Shown piece by piece: positions 18,324 through 29,162 of a DNA stretch of 57,584 nt (position 1 is its first letter; each line of letters opens with the position of its first letter). The notes under the pieces are model-generated. The model was not told the DNA's origin. It did no database searches and worked only from the letters and a program-made list of their open reading frames with translations. The translations under genes were made by a program, and so were the position numbers. The stretch is from an uncultured bacterium (GTDB lineage: Bacteria; Fidelibacterota; UBA2242). The stretch spans positions 1 through 57,584 of the forward strand of contig CAZJIU010000003.1 in assembly GCA_964546145.1 (NCBI GenBank). Direction: 5' to 3'.

Positions 18324-19643
18324 CTATACGTTAATTTCTTGGTATAACGGAAACTGACGGCACAGTTCCCTGACCTCTTGTTTGACTGACGCTTTGACTC
18401 CCTCCTCATCCGAATGGGAGATGACCTTATTAATCAGTCGGGCAATGGTCCGCATCTCATTCTCCTGCATTCCGCGGGTGGTAATAGCCGATGTCCCCAG
18501 CCGGATGCCGCTGGTAATGAAGGGGCTTTTGGTATCGAAAGGTACCATATTTTTATTAGTAGTAATTCCTGATTCTTCGAGCGCAGTCTCCGCCGCCTTT
18601 CCAGTGATATTCTTATTGGTCAGATCGATTAGCATCAAATGAGTATCGGTTCCCCCAGAGATCAATTGATAATCCATTTGCATTAATTCCTCTGCGAGGA
18701 TTTGCGCATTCCGCATCACCTGTTGGGCATAGGATTTAAAAGAGGGTTGCAATGCCTCGCCAAAGGCAACTGCTTTAGCGGCAATAACGTGCATCAGCGG
18801 CCCGCCCTGGATTCCGGGCATGACATTTGAGTCAATAATTTCAGACATCATTTTCAGCCGCCCGCTTTTCGGCGCCACTATCCCCAAGGGATTTTCATAA
18901 TTTTTACCCATGAGGATTAAACCACCCCGCGGACCACGCAGCGTTTTATGGGTAGTCGAGGTAACCACATGACAATACGGAATGGGACTGGGGTGCAACC
19001 CGGCAGCAATTAAACCCGCCGGATGAGCAATATCCGCCATAAGGAACGCACCAACATCATCGGCAATTTCCCGAAATCTAGCGAAATCAATAAACCGGGG
19101 ATAAGCACTTCCGCCAGCGATTATCATCTTAGGGTGGTGCTCTTGAGCCAGTTCTGTCAGACGGTCATAGTCAATCCGACCGGTTTCTTGCTTGACCCCA
19201 TACGAAACAATATGAAACAATTTGCCGGAAAAATTCACCGGACTGCCGTGGGTTAGGTGCCCGCCATGCGCCAGATTCATTCCCAGCACCGTATCACCAG
19301 TCTGCAAAAAAGAGAAATAGATTGCCATATTTGCCTGAGACCCGGAATGCGGTTGAACATTAGCATATTCCGCAGCAAAAAGTTGCTTCACCCGGTCTCG
19401 GGCCAGATTTTCAGCAATATCCACCGCTCCACAACCGCCATAGTAACGTTTGCCCGGATAACCCTCGGCATACTTGTTAGTCAGTGCCGAACCGGCTGCT
19501 TCCAGGACCGCCGGACTGACGAAATTTTCCGAAGCAATCAGTTCCAAAGTGTCGCGCTCTCGCTCAAATTCAGCCGTAACCGCTGCCATTAATTCTGGAT
19601 CAACTTTACGTAAATAATCAAAGTCCACAGTATTTTTCCTCAA
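18324..19643 (-). CDS. glyA: Serine hydroxymethyltransferase
   Basis: 439 aa. [12 protein letters not shown] (PLP lysine) and [13 protein letters not shown]. Confidence 0.97.
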   Translation of the reverse strand: MRKNTVDFDYLRKVDPELMAAVTAEFERERDTLELIASENFVSPAVLEAAGSALTNKYAEGYPGKRYYGGCGAVDIAENLARDRVKQLFAAEYANVQPHSGSQANMAIYFSFLQTGDTVLGMNLAHGGHLTHGSPVNFSGKLFHIVSYGVKQETGRIDYDRLTELAQEHHPKMIIAGGSAYPRFIDFARFREIADDVGAFLMADIAHPAGLIAAGLHPSPIPYCHVVTSTTHKTLRGPRGGLILMGKNYENPLGIVAPKSGRLKMMSEIIDSNVMPGIQGGPLMHVIAAKAVAFGEALQPSFKSYAQQVMRNAQILAEELMQMDYQLISGGTDTHLMLIDLTNKNITGKAAETALEESGITTNKNMVPFDTKSPFITSGIRLGTSAITTRGMQENEMRTIARLINKVISHSDEEGVKASVKQEVRELCRQFPLYQEINV

Positions 19644-20073
19644 GTTGGTGAATTTTATTGACTCGTTGCTGATGGCGACCGCCCTCCCAACCGGTTTCCA
19701 GCCAGGCAGTCAAAAATCGCTTGGCCTGATCGGCATTAAGATGATCGGCACCAAAACAGACTATGTTGGCATGGTTATGCTGGCGGCTTATCCGGGCTAC
19801 TTCCTCAGAATAGGCCAAAGCAGCCCGAATACCAGGTATTTTGTTGGCCGCAATTGACATCCCTATCCCACTGCGACAGATTAAAACTCCAACATCGGCT
19901 CTCTGCTGATTAACCTCATCGGCAACCAGCACGGCATAGTCAGGATAATCATCGGCTTGCTCGGTAAAGGCACCGCAATCAATTACCTGATGTCTCTGGG
20001 ATTTGGCATATTCTACCAACGCTGCTTTGAGGGTAATCCCGCCGTGATCGGCACCAAATGCAATCTTCATCAA
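19618..20073 (-). CDS. rpiB: Ribose-5-phosphate isomerase B
   Basis: 151 aa. [10 protein letters not shown] and [15 protein letters not shown] motifs. Confidence 0.9.
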   Translation of the reverse strand: MMKIAFGADHGGITLKAALVEYAKSQRHQVIDCGAFTEQADDYPDYAVLVADEVNQQRADVGVLICRSGIGMSIAANKIPGIRAALAYSEEVARISRQHNHANIVCFGADHLNADQAKRFLTAWLETGWEGGRHQQRVNKIHQLEEKYCGL

Positions 20074-21362
20074 TCAGTACTCACATTCACATCAATCCAA
20101 CTATAACAATCCAATCGGGGTCGAAAAACGGTACGCTCCTTCCCGCTGGCGTCGTACCTATTCATAAACCAATCTTCACGGGATGGAATCAGATACTCTT
20201 TGAGCAGGTCAAGCCGAGACTGGACCCCATATTCACCCAAACCCTTAGCCTTGCGGTAATCGTCATATGCTAATTTATATACCAGCTTGTCTTCAAAACT
20301 CTTCGGCTGACGTGAACTACTGTAATATTCAGCAGCCATATAAAAAACATCGGCGCGGATTTTATATGCCAAGCTGGAGTTTCCCAACGATACCGCTTTA
20401 TTCGCCCAGGAGTAGGCAGTCGGAAAATCAACCAGGTTAATATACATCTTAGTAATATCATCCAGAATACTCAAATCCTTCGAATCAATATTTTTGGCGA
20501 TATGCTCATAAGCCCCTGCCGCCTCCTTGTAGCGTCCCATTGTCTTGTATAAGTCGGCTAATTTTTCCCAGGCATCCTTATTGCGTAAATCCAGTGCGGT
20601 AACTTTTTTATATACCTCAATTGCCTTATCATACTGGAGCTTATCGGTTAAGGCTTTGGCATATTCGAAACCATACCGGATATTGGTTGGATTTTTTTCC
20701 CATTGTTCCTGGATGATTTTCGTGGGATCAATCCCCAGCTTATTGAAGACAACCCGCTGGTCATTGAGCGCCTGCTCATCATTGGGATTAATTTCCAGGA
20801 TTTTTTCGATGCCCCAGCGCATATCCTCAAAACGATTCTGTTCGAAGCAGAGCTTAACATACTTCCGGTAGAGATCAATATTATCAGGCTTGAGCTCGAT
20901 TATCTTTTCATATTCCCTGATTTCCAGATCATATTTTTTCTGGATGTGATAAATATAGGCGATGTTCTCGAGCAGGAACATATTGTCCGGCAAATACTTT
21001 TGACCTTCGATAAAAACATACAGGGCACTATCATAATAGACATCAGCAGTTTTGGCTAATTGAAGATATGCTCTTCCGAAAAAGGGATAAATATCCTGGG
21101 CATATTCTTCCTGACAGCCATATTCCAACATCTTTCGATAATTTGAAATTGTGCTGCGCCAATTCTGATTCTGGTAGTAACTATAGGCAAAATTCAAATA
21201 GAGATCACATTTATCCCGATCAACATGTTGCTTTTCGGGTGTCGGGGTAGCGACTTGTTCGATTTCAGTCAGGTCCTCCGGTGGAACACAATTTATTTGG
21301 ACAAGTATCATGGTAAGTCCTATAATAATAAGCCAGCAATACCTCAAGATTGGATTTTTCAT
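20070..21362 (-). CDS. TPR-repeat protein, probably an exported lipoprotein
   Basis: 430 aa. N-terminal hydrophobic segment ending ...VQINC. Multiple TPR-like units. Confidence 0.55.
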   Translation of the reverse strand: MKNPILRYCWLIIIGLTMILVQINCVPPEDLTEIEQVATPTPEKQHVDRDKCDLYLNFAYSYYQNQNWRSTISNYRKMLEYGCQEEYAQDIYPFFGRAYLQLAKTADVYYDSALYVFIEGQKYLPDNMFLLENIAYIYHIQKKYDLEIREYEKIIELKPDNIDLYRKYVKLCFEQNRFEDMRWGIEKILEINPNDEQALNDQRVVFNKLGIDPTKIIQEQWEKNPTNIRYGFEYAKALTDKLQYDKAIEVYKKVTALDLRNKDAWEKLADLYKTMGRYKEAAGAYEHIAKNIDSKDLSILDDITKMYINLVDFPTAYSWANKAVSLGNSSLAYKIRADVFYMAAEYYSSSRQPKSFEDKLVYKLAYDDYRKAKGLGEYGVQSRLDLLKEYLIPSREDWFMNRYDASGKERTVFRPRLDCYSWIDVNVSTD

Positions 21363-21384
21363 CGTAAATCCTTCCTACTTAACG

Positions 21385-22593
21385 TTAATCCCGTCTATAT
21401 TTACGAAACCACAATTCCCCTGTAGTCACGCTGACATAGAAAGACAGGACCTTCTCTTTGCCAGCAATATTATTCAGAAAACCATCCCGAACTGAACTAA
21501 CAACAGCCAGGTCAATCCGACTTAAGTTATAATGAAAGGGTATTCCCATTCCCAGACTTATTCCAGTTTCCGTTAATCCTCCGGCTTGATAGATTGAGCC
21601 CGATTTATAATACACTCCCCCTCTTAAGATTAACTTCCGCCAGATTGGTTCGCCAAATTTCGGTGGTCGGTTACTTTCAATTCCAATTCCTACGAAGGAC
21701 GAGTTTTGGGCTTTAATTGGTTCGAAAACAATAAAATCTGCAAACATTGTTTTCGGAACCATAGAATAGGCAATATCCAAAGAAAAAGCAAGTACATCGT
21801 GCCACTTTTTCCGCAGTCCTAACTGTAAATGAGAAGGAAAGGAAATCCTGCTTTTCGCCGTCGTACTGTCAGGTCCGTAATAAAAATCATAGATGCGATA
21901 GGTATTAAAATTCAGCGGCCAATCCAGATAAAGAGCCAACTCTAAATCCTGGCGCTTGTTAGCCCAATAACTTCCCAGACCAAGCTGAGTTCCCTCAATA
22001 TCGGTGTACTTACTAGTATAACTATTAATACTCCCGTCATAATCAATGTCAGTGGCTATTTTAGAGAGGTAGCTGCCAAAGTTAACCATGATTTTAAGTC
22101 CCAGGCACCATTGAGGATTGATCCGGTAACCACCGCCCATGAAAAATTGGGAAATGCCGCCCTTAATATTCACATCTGCTGAATAATAAACCGGTGTTGC
22201 TCCAAAATCAGTTGAATCCACAAAAGTTTTTTGAGCAACCATACGGGTCAACGGGGCAATCCCTATCGCAATGCCGATTGACTTCTTCACCGGCACCTTA
22301 AAAGAAAAACCGAGGAACTGAGTCAAAAATTGGTTTGCAGTACCTTGTTCATCGGTTAGTCCGGATGAACCCAGCTGTCCCTGGATCGAGGTTGTGACAA
22401 AACCATTCCAGAGGGCTGGATTCAGCAGATTCAGACTGATTGAATCCGGCATAGCTAAACCGGTATTGCCTAGAGCAATACTGCGAACCGAGAAACTTGG
22501 TGATGGCATCCCAAAGCCATATTGAGCATAATTGGAATTCTGTCCCCACAATATCCCGGTTAATCCAATCCACAATAGAAATCGCTTACCCAT
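21385..22593 (-). CDS. Putative outer-membrane beta-barrel protein (PorV/PorQ/FadL-like N-terminal motif)
   Basis: 402 aa with a signal peptide. RSIALGNTGLAMPDSISLNLLNPALW. Alternating beta-strand pattern throughout. Confidence 0.45.
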   Translation of the reverse strand: MGKRFLLWIGLTGILWGQNSNYAQYGFGMPSPSFSVRSIALGNTGLAMPDSISLNLLNPALWNGFVTTSIQGQLGSSGLTDEQGTANQFLTQFLGFSFKVPVKKSIGIAIGIAPLTRMVAQKTFVDSTDFGATPVYYSADVNIKGGISQFFMGGGYRINPQWCLGLKIMVNFGSYLSKIATDIDYDGSINSYTSKYTDIEGTQLGLGSYWANKRQDLELALYLDWPLNFNTYRIYDFYYGPDSTTAKSRISFPSHLQLGLRKKWHDVLAFSLDIAYSMVPKTMFADFIVFEPIKAQNSSFVGIGIESNRPPKFGEPIWRKLILRGGVYYKSGSIYQAGGLTETGISLGMGIPFHYNLSRIDLAVVSSVRDGFLNNIAGKEKVLSFYVSVTTGELWFRKYRRD

Positions 22594-22597
22594 AGAG

Positions 22598-23857
22598 CTA
22601 TTGTTCTTTCATGGTTAGGATTTCAATATAGGGACGACTTTCAGCTGGATTCAGTGCACTGGCATTATAGAAACTCAAGGTAGCAATATTCAAGTCACCA
22701 GTCGTTGCCCAAAGAACCAGCCCATAGTTCTCAACATAATCACTGGTAATCCCTTGAATGATACTTTTTATATCAATATCAACATAGGCACTAGTATCTG
22801 AGATTGAGTGATAAAGATCGTAGGAATATTGTTTCGGATCGTAATCCGGGTCTCCGAACTTAGCAGAATCAAGAGCAGTAATGTAGAGATAATAAAGCTG
22901 TCCATATAGCTGGTTTGCTTGAGAATTGATCGTCAGATGGAGATTTGCCTTGGCAATCAAGGCATTCTTATCAGGAATTATGTTCTGCAGATTGAATTTT
23001 AGAAAAGCATGAGCTGACCTGCCGGAGCTGACGAACAACGCCGTTTCCGATTTAAAACTTTTCTTATATTGAATAATCGAGAGATCACTGCTAGGTAAAA
23101 TCTTTATGGTAGCAGTATCACCGTCCTCAAAATAACTCACCTGCAGCCAGGGATCATACGAAGTCTCCTTGGAATATAAAGCCTGGATGCAGGCGATGTC
23201 ACTGGATGCCGGTTGAAGTACCAACGTATAATCGGTATTCGTTTCGTCGTACCAATTACAGACTAATTGGGTATCCAGCGCTACTGAAAAGGTGTCTTCC
23301 TTCTCACAAACCAGGGTTGCTAAAAATGTCAGATTATAACTATCGAGATTAAAATCAAGCACGGTACTGCTGTCTTCCGTCCAGGGATCCACTCCTCCAT
23401 TTAATAATTGAGAAATGGAAATTTCTACCGTGGGGGTGTCATTCCCTAACAGGTAGAACTTGTGAAAAGATTGCAGATTTAGAGTCACCCCGATCAAGCT
23501 ATCCAGCGTATCAGGTAATGCCGCGAGATTATCGAATTTCAGCAAGGTATAAGTTTGGACATTCTCGTCATTGCCAACAAAAAGAATATTGGAGCCGCCC
23601 GGATAGGGTGTTAATGTCTGTTGGCTATACTCGATTGAATCGGTGGAATCGGGAATTATATAGGTGTTAAATTCCAGCGGGGCAACATTTGATTGCAGAA
23701 CGGGTATCTTTTCTTCACAATGAATCATCCATAATAATAGGCTAAGAATCCCCAGCTTCGTGAGATAATGTAAAAATGGGATACTTTGTTGACACGTTAA
23801 ACGCCCCAAATGACGTTTCGGTTGACTAGATCCGTTCCACAATCCTGACAATTTCAT
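22598..23857 (-). CDS. Hypothetical exported protein with two DNRLRE-like (LKFxL) modules
   Basis: 419 aa. TLLKFDNLAALPDTL...VTLNL and AFLKFNLQNIIPDKNALIAKANLHL resemble the DNRLRE-domain pattern. Hydrophobic leader ending ...MIHC. Confidence 0.35.
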   Translation of the reverse strand: MKLSGLWNGSSQPKRHLGRLTCQQSIPFLHYLTKLGILSLLLWMIHCEEKIPVLQSNVAPLEFNTYIIPDSTDSIEYSQQTLTPYPGGSNILFVGNDENVQTYTLLKFDNLAALPDTLDSLIGVTLNLQSFHKFYLLGNDTPTVEISISQLLNGGVDPWTEDSSTVLDFNLDSYNLTFLATLVCEKEDTFSVALDTQLVCNWYDETNTDYTLVLQPASSDIACIQALYSKETSYDPWLQVSYFEDGDTATIKILPSSDLSIIQYKKSFKSETALFVSSGRSAHAFLKFNLQNIIPDKNALIAKANLHLTINSQANQLYGQLYYLYITALDSAKFGDPDYDPKQYSYDLYHSISDTSAYVDIDIKSIIQGITSDYVENYGLVLWATTGDLNIATLSFYNASALNPAESRPYIEILTMKEQ

Positions 23858-24665
23858 TTGCTAATCGTTGCCACTCTTCCGGAGTGTCGTTCTTGATTTT
23901 AAAGGTCGAAACTCGTTTTTTATTCTCTTCCAACAACTTCTTGAAAACCGGGTCAATCTGGTATTTTTTCAGCAAATCCTCCTGATTACTAATAAACAGG
24001 GTATGATGGCTGTATTGCCAGGCAGCTGCGACACAGTCCGCCCGCTTCCCCTTCTCAACCAAATCGCGATTCAAGTCGGGTATCCCAACGCTGCGATAAT
24101 CGTCTAAGAGATATTTGGAGAGCGGATTTTTGGAATGCAATACCAGCAGAATTTTAACACCCTCAAAATAGGTTCTATCCAAAATATTGGAATGAATCAT
24201 TAGCGGAATCATACTCATCTGCCAGTCATTGCAAATAATCACATCCGGCCGCCATCTTAAATAATTCAGGGTAGTCAGGGCCGCAGAGGCAAAATAACCA
24301 AATCGGATGGCGTTCCGGCCAGTATCAGCATCGGGCTCCTCCTGATACAAATCAGGAATAGTATTGGAATAATACCCATCATGCTCAAGAAAATATACTT
24401 GAACCTTGGTATTCGGAATAAATGCCGATTTGACACTGGCTTTCAAACTCTCATTACGGTACTGTAAGTCCATTTCCCGCAGGCGAATAACCTCCCGCAG
24501 GATATAGCGGCGTTCACTGATAAAAGAGTATTTGGGCATCATCAGGCGAAAATCGAATTTCCGTTCGTTAAAAATAATCGGGATCTCCTTGGAAAAATCA
24601 GCTAACGGATAGCATTCGGCAAAAGGAACGATCTCGGATGTTAAAAAATAGATACGCTTAATCAT
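23826..24665 (-). CDS. Glycogen/starch-synthase N-terminal-domain-only protein (Glyco_transf_5-like), lacking the KTGGL motif
   Basis: 279 aa. The N-terminus RIYFLTSEIVPFAECYPLADF aligns to (V)ASEVAPFAKTGGLADV of GlgA. No C-terminal GT1 half. Confidence 0.5.
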   Translation of the reverse strand: MIKRIYFLTSEIVPFAECYPLADFSKEIPIIFNERKFDFRLMMPKYSFISERRYILREVIRLREMDLQYRNESLKASVKSAFIPNTKVQVYFLEHDGYYSNTIPDLYQEEPDADTGRNAIRFGYFASAALTTLNYLRWRPDVIICNDWQMSMIPLMIHSNILDRTYFEGVKILLVLHSKNPLSKYLLDDYRSVGIPDLNRDLVEKGKRADCVAAAWQYSHHTLFISNQEDLLKKYQIDPVFKKLLEENKKRVSTFKIKNDTPEEWQRLANEIVRIVERI

Positions 24666-24669
24666 AATT

Positions 24670-25539
24670 TCATTTCACAAACTGTTTGGCGTTTTTGACA
24701 TATTCACTCTGCGGATAATAATCAATTAGCCGCTGAAACTCCGCCATGGCATTTTCGCGTTCTCCCAAAGCGGCATAGCATAATCCCAGTTTGAACTGGG
24801 CATCATCATCCTTATTGGTACCTTTAAAATCAAAAACCTTCTCGAATTCGATAATGGCTCGCCGATATTGTTTCATTGAATAATAACACTCCCCAATCCA
24901 GTATTGCGCATTATCGGCAAGTTCATGGCTCTTATCCTCTTGCAGTAACTGCGTAAACAGAGCGAGAGCCTGTTCATTCTGACCATTCTGATGATAAGTA
25001 AGTGCCTGGAGATAGCGATCGCGGTAATTTCCACCTGCGGCACTAACCGACGTGCTCATCTCCGTTCCGCTTAAGGACTTCGCCTCACTTAGACTGGCAG
25101 ACAGAGAAACAATGCGATTTTCCAGAATCACGAGCTGCGAAAGGATTTCAAAATTCAGACTATCGGTATAAGCAGTACGCCTTTTATAAAGCTCTATCTG
25201 ACGACCCAGCTTCAGCATATCCTGACTCAGGCTCGCGGTTGACTTCTCCAGAACTTTAATTGAACTGTCCAGCTGAGCAAGCTCACGATCATATCGAATC
25301 ACCTGTGGTTTCTCCTGAGATTCCAGGGCCTTCACCCTCGCCGAGAGTGCATTGACAGATTTAATTGTCTTATCCAATTGATTCTCAAGAGTTGCAATCT
25401 TAGCGGACGTTTCGGTATCAGTCGTCGGTTGAACTTTATCTTTTGCTTGCAGTTCCAGATTCCCTAATGAGATTCCCCAAATCGCAATAAAAACAACGCT
25501 TAACACTCTTGCATTTAAAAACGGATTAATTCTTCTCAT
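24670..25539 (-). CDS. CpoB/YbgF-like coiled-coil + TPR periplasmic protein (start moved to the ATG, MRRINPF)
   Basis: Signal peptide, a long coiled coil, then ADNAQYWIGECYY...DDAQFKLGLCYAALG...YYPQSEYV. Confidence 0.65.
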   Translation of the reverse strand: MRRINPFLNARVLSVVFIAIWGISLGNLELQAKDKVQPTTDTETSAKIATLENQLDKTIKSVNALSARVKALESQEKPQVIRYDRELAQLDSSIKVLEKSTASLSQDMLKLGRQIELYKRRTAYTDSLNFEILSQLVILENRIVSLSASLSEAKSLSGTEMSTSVSAAGGNYRDRYLQALTYHQNGQNEQALALFTQLLQEDKSHELADNAQYWIGECYYSMKQYRRAIIEFEKVFDFKGTNKDDDAQFKLGLCYAALGERENAMAEFQRLIDYYPQSEYVKNAKQFVK

Positions 25540-25634
25540 TACCTTAACAATGTTAAAATTGGACCTGCTATTCAACCGAAAAGCTACGAAACTCCCTTTA
25601 AAAAACCAATTTAAATTTTAATTGTTCAGTAAGT

Positions 25635-26870
25635 TTATCGAGGACGCTCACTGCCGAAATTTAAAACCAGTCCAATCAGAAGGAAACAGGTGATGACGAA
25701 TGAGCCCCCATAGCTCAGGAAGGGTAATGGTAAACCGGTAACCGGCAACAAGCCGATAGTCATGCCAATATTAACGGCAGCATGAAAAAACAGGATGCTT
25801 GTCACTCCAATAATAATCAGCGAGCTAAAGCGGTCACGTTGATGATAAGCTTGATTGATCAAAATAAGAAACAGGATCAAGAAAAGGCAGATGATGAAAA
25901 TAACTCCGGCAAAGCCATACTCCTCACCAACGACCGAGAAAATAAAATCGTTGTGCTGTTCGGGTAAGAATTTTAAATGGGTTTGGGTACCATGTCCAAT
26001 GCCTTTACCAAATAGTCCTCCAGAACCAATTGCGGTCTGCGATTGGATTACCTGATAACCAGAACCTTGCGGGTCAGCATAAATATTAAACATTGTCATA
26101 ATCCGGTTCTGTTGATAGGGTTTCAGATTATTCCAGATTACCGGCGTCACAAAACCCAGTGAGAGGTTGAAAACGAATAACACAATCGCCAGCCAGAGTT
26201 TCTCTTTACTGAAATATAGAACCACCAGCAGCAAGACGATCCAAATAAAAAAACTATAAAAACTAAAGGCTGTAATGATGCTAATAACCGGTGCACATAT
26301 GATGAATAGATGGTACAATCGGGCTCCCGCCCAAAACAGTATTGGGAAGACCAACATCAGGTAAATTATCGAGGTTCCTAAATCCGGTTGACGTAGCACA
26401 ATTGCCAGCGGTAAAATTACCAATAATAGTGGCACAATCAAGGATTTAAAATCTGAGATTACCAGTTCTGTTTTTGACAAATAACGAGCAATTGCAAATA
26501 TGATCCAAATCTTCATCAACTCCGATGGCTGAAATTGGAACGGTCCCAGGTGCACCCAGCGTTTTGCCACAGCATCCGAAACACCAATAAAATAAGGTGC
26601 AATTATTAAGACAATTCCAATCCAGTATCCAATATAAGCAGCATCGAACAGAGTCTTCCGCTGAATGAATATGATCGAGATCATGCAGATTGCACCGAAA
26701 ATCATCCAGATAAGCTGTTTGCCCACAACCTTTTTAAAAAAGGGGGCCGTGATGTTAAGCGAGGCACTGTATAGGGCCAGCAATCCAGCTAGGCAGAGTA
26801 ATCCCACCGTAACTACCACTGCAACATTGAGATTAGATACTGATGTATTAAGTAGCTTTATTCTCCTCAC
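25635..26870 (-). CDS. rodA: Rod-shape-determining SEDS glycosyltransferase RodA
   Basis: 411-aa polytopic FtsW/RodA/SpoVE family protein. Sits downstream of mrdA. Confidence 0.9.
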   Translation of the reverse strand: MRRIKLLNTSVSNLNVAVVVTVGLLCLAGLLALYSASLNITAPFFKKVVGKQLIWMIFGAICMISIIFIQRKTLFDAAYIGYWIGIVLIIAPYFIGVSDAVAKRWVHLGPFQFQPSELMKIWIIFAIARYLSKTELVISDFKSLIVPLLLVILPLAIVLRQPDLGTSIIYLMLVFPILFWAGARLYHLFIICAPVISIITAFSFYSFFIWIVLLLVVLYFSKEKLWLAIVLFVFNLSLGFVTPVIWNNLKPYQQNRIMTMFNIYADPQGSGYQVIQSQTAIGSGGLFGKGIGHGTQTHLKFLPEQHNDFIFSVVGEEYGFAGVIFIICLFLILFLILINQAYHQRDRFSSLIIIGVTSILFFHAAVNIGMTIGLLPVTGLPLPFLSYGGSFVITCFLLIGLVLNFGSERPR

Positions 26871-26875
26871 CTTCG

Positions 26876-28681
26876 CTACTGCTCCTCCATGACAACCTGG
26901 ACTGAATTGATCCGATTTTGGATAAATCTGAATAAATTACCCGATATTTTAGCCGCCTCGCCGCCGCCCGCACCACCGTGCTCGACTAACACGGTCAGAG
27001 CTATTGTCCGGCCCCCACTCTTTAAAAATCCCACGAACCAGGAATGATCTTCACCGTGTGGATTCTGCGCGGTCCCAGTCTTGCCATAAATATCCAATCC
27101 CCGGCTTTTTGCTGCCCGCCCGGTACCTTTAGCAGAATTTACTACATCGTATAAAGCACTCTGAATCATATCCCAGGTAGATTCATGAATATCACTGATC
27201 GAATCAGGTTTAGTCTGATTGAGGGGAAAAAATTGAACTTTACTCCGATCAAAATACCTCAGACCAAGGTGCGGGGTGCTCAATTTCCCCTGTGTCCCAA
27301 TGGCCGCAATCAGGCGCAGCATCTGGATTGGAGTAACTATTAAATCCCCCTGTCCAATTACCAAATTTAATTTATTACCTTCAGTCCAGCCGTGTTGCCC
27401 ATATTTACGATCTAAAAAAGCCTTATCCGGGATAACCCCCTGTGATTCACCATACAAATCAATGCCGGTACACTCACCGAATTTAAATTTCTTGGCATAC
27501 TCGGCCCAAATATCAATATCCATTCTTTGGATCAGATTATAAAAATAGACATTACAGGAATTAATAATAGCATTGTTTAGGTTCATGCGCCCATGACCGC
27601 TCTCTTTCCAGCATTTGAATTCCCGCCTTCCTAACCTTAAACCGCCGCGGCAATAAAAAGTCGCCTTAGGATCAATGATTTTGCGCTCTAATGCAGCAAT
27701 AGCTGCTACAATTTTAAAAGTCGAACCGGCGGGATAAGTACCCTGAATAGCTCGATTATATAGCGGCTTCTCAGAATCATTCCGCAATTTATCCCAAACA
27801 TCCGATGCTACAATGCCCGAAAATAGGTTCGGCAAATAATCCGGTTTGCTGACTAAGGCATAGATTTCACCGTTATCGGCATCCATGACGATTATTGCGC
27901 CTTTCGGGCCATCTAAGAGGCTTTCGGCATATCGCTGCAGCTCAAGATCAATCGTCAGGTAGAGGTCATTACCAATCCGGGACCGGATACTGCGTTTATC
28001 CTGAATACTGCCTACCTCCTGTCCATAAACATTAACCTGAATATAACTGACACCCCGGGTGCCCCGCAGGATATTTTCATACTCTCGCTCTACCCCATTC
28101 CAGCCAATTAAGTCCCCTGCCCGATATCCATAATCCTTCACCACCTGCAGGTCATTCTTGTCAACTTCTCGTAAATATCCAAGTACCTGACTTAGATTAG
28201 CATTCGAGGGGAAGGATCGGATGGGCTGCAAGGAATAAATTACACCGGGTAGCTCCAGACGTCTTTCTTCCAATTCAGTCAGTGTTACAAAATCAATATC
28301 TTCGACAATTCGAGCCGGTAAAAGTTGACCACGCCAATTCTTCTTGACTCGGTTGCGAAGTTCCTCCTCAGGAATTCGTAAAATCTTGCTCAACTCAGCG
28401 TAAATCTCACGGTTTCTATGTAGTTCATAGGGAATAACACTGATATTGTACTGAGATTTATTATCAACAATGATATCGCCATTGCGATCATAGATAATAC
28501 CTCGGGGTGCTTCCTGAGATACTACTCTAATCCGATTCGCTTCCGCCATCCCCACAAAAAGATTATATTGAACAATCTGAAGTTGATAAAGGCGTGCGGC
28601 TAAGATCAGAAACACCGCAGCGATCAGGATATAAAATACGTTTCGCTGTCCACTCGTTACATTATTTTGAGAATAGAACAT
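26876..28681 (-). CDS. mrdA: Penicillin-binding protein 2 (elongasome transpeptidase)
   Basis: 601 aa. STFK active-site motif (AGSTFK), SCN, KTGTA. Confidence 0.92.
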   Translation of the reverse strand: MFYSQNNVTSGQRNVFYILIAAVFLILAARLYQLQIVQYNLFVGMAEANRIRVVSQEAPRGIIYDRNGDIIVDNKSQYNISVIPYELHRNREIYAELSKILRIPEEELRNRVKKNWRGQLLPARIVEDIDFVTLTELEERRLELPGVIYSLQPIRSFPSNANLSQVLGYLREVDKNDLQVVKDYGYRAGDLIGWNGVEREYENILRGTRGVSYIQVNVYGQEVGSIQDKRSIRSRIGNDLYLTIDLELQRYAESLLDGPKGAIIVMDADNGEIYALVSKPDYLPNLFSGIVASDVWDKLRNDSEKPLYNRAIQGTYPAGSTFKIVAAIAALERKIIDPKATFYCRGGLRLGRREFKCWKESGHGRMNLNNAIINSCNVYFYNLIQRMDIDIWAEYAKKFKFGECTGIDLYGESQGVIPDKAFLDRKYGQHGWTEGNKLNLVIGQGDLIVTPIQMLRLIAAIGTQGKLSTPHLGLRYFDRSKVQFFPLNQTKPDSISDIHESTWDMIQSALYDVVNSAKGTGRAAKSRGLDIYGKTGTAQNPHGEDHSWFVGFLKSGGRTIALTVLVEHGGAGGGEAAKISGNLFRFIQNRINSVQVVMEEQ

Positions 28682-28683
28682 TT

Positions 28684-29160
28684 TTAAAAAGACTCAAAAG
28701 CAAAAATGTAATCAAGTAAAATAAAGATTAGCCCCGTATAGATGGTCTCCGGAATAATATAACGCAAGAACAGATATTGGGTGCCAATTTCGACTGATTT
28801 GAAGTTGATCAAGTAGACAATAGTAAACTGAATCAACATGATTAAAATACTCAACGCATAAAACATCAAACGATTAAACCGATTTCGGCGATTTTTGAAA
28901 AATCCTGCCAAGAATCCCGCCACGGTCTTGGACAATGCCGAAAGTCCCATAAAAGAACCCATCCCAATGATGTCAACCAATAATCCTATCCCAAAACCAA
29001 ATAACTGACCGACCACCCGACCATTCAGGATAGCTACAAATAAAACCAGGATCAAAACAAAGTCGGGCTTGATCCCACAGACCATCAGCCAGGGTCCAAA
29101 CACAACCTGGAGCACTATACTTAGCAGACTAAATCCCGCAATTACCAAGATTTTTTTCAT
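28684..29160 (-). CDS. mreD: Rod-shape-determining protein MreD
   Basis: 158-aa polytopic protein in the mreBCD position. Confidence 0.8.
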   Translation of the reverse strand: MKKILVIAGFSLLSIVLQVVFGPWLMVCGIKPDFVLILVLFVAILNGRVVGQLFGFGIGLLVDIIGMGSFMGLSALSKTVAGFLAGFFKNRRNRFNRLMFYALSILIMLIQFTIVYLINFKSVEIGTQYLFLRYIIPETIYTGLIFILLDYIFAFESF

Positions 29161-29162
29161 AA

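Noticed and set aside
18317-18409. A 31-aa N-terminal extension of NrdR overlapping the 3' end of glyA.
   Set aside because: NrdR proteins begin at the MxCPxC zinc ribbon. The extension is Arg/Lys/Ser-rich read-through of the glyA 3' end in another frame. The ATG at 18316 gives a canonical 149-aa NrdR with no overlap.
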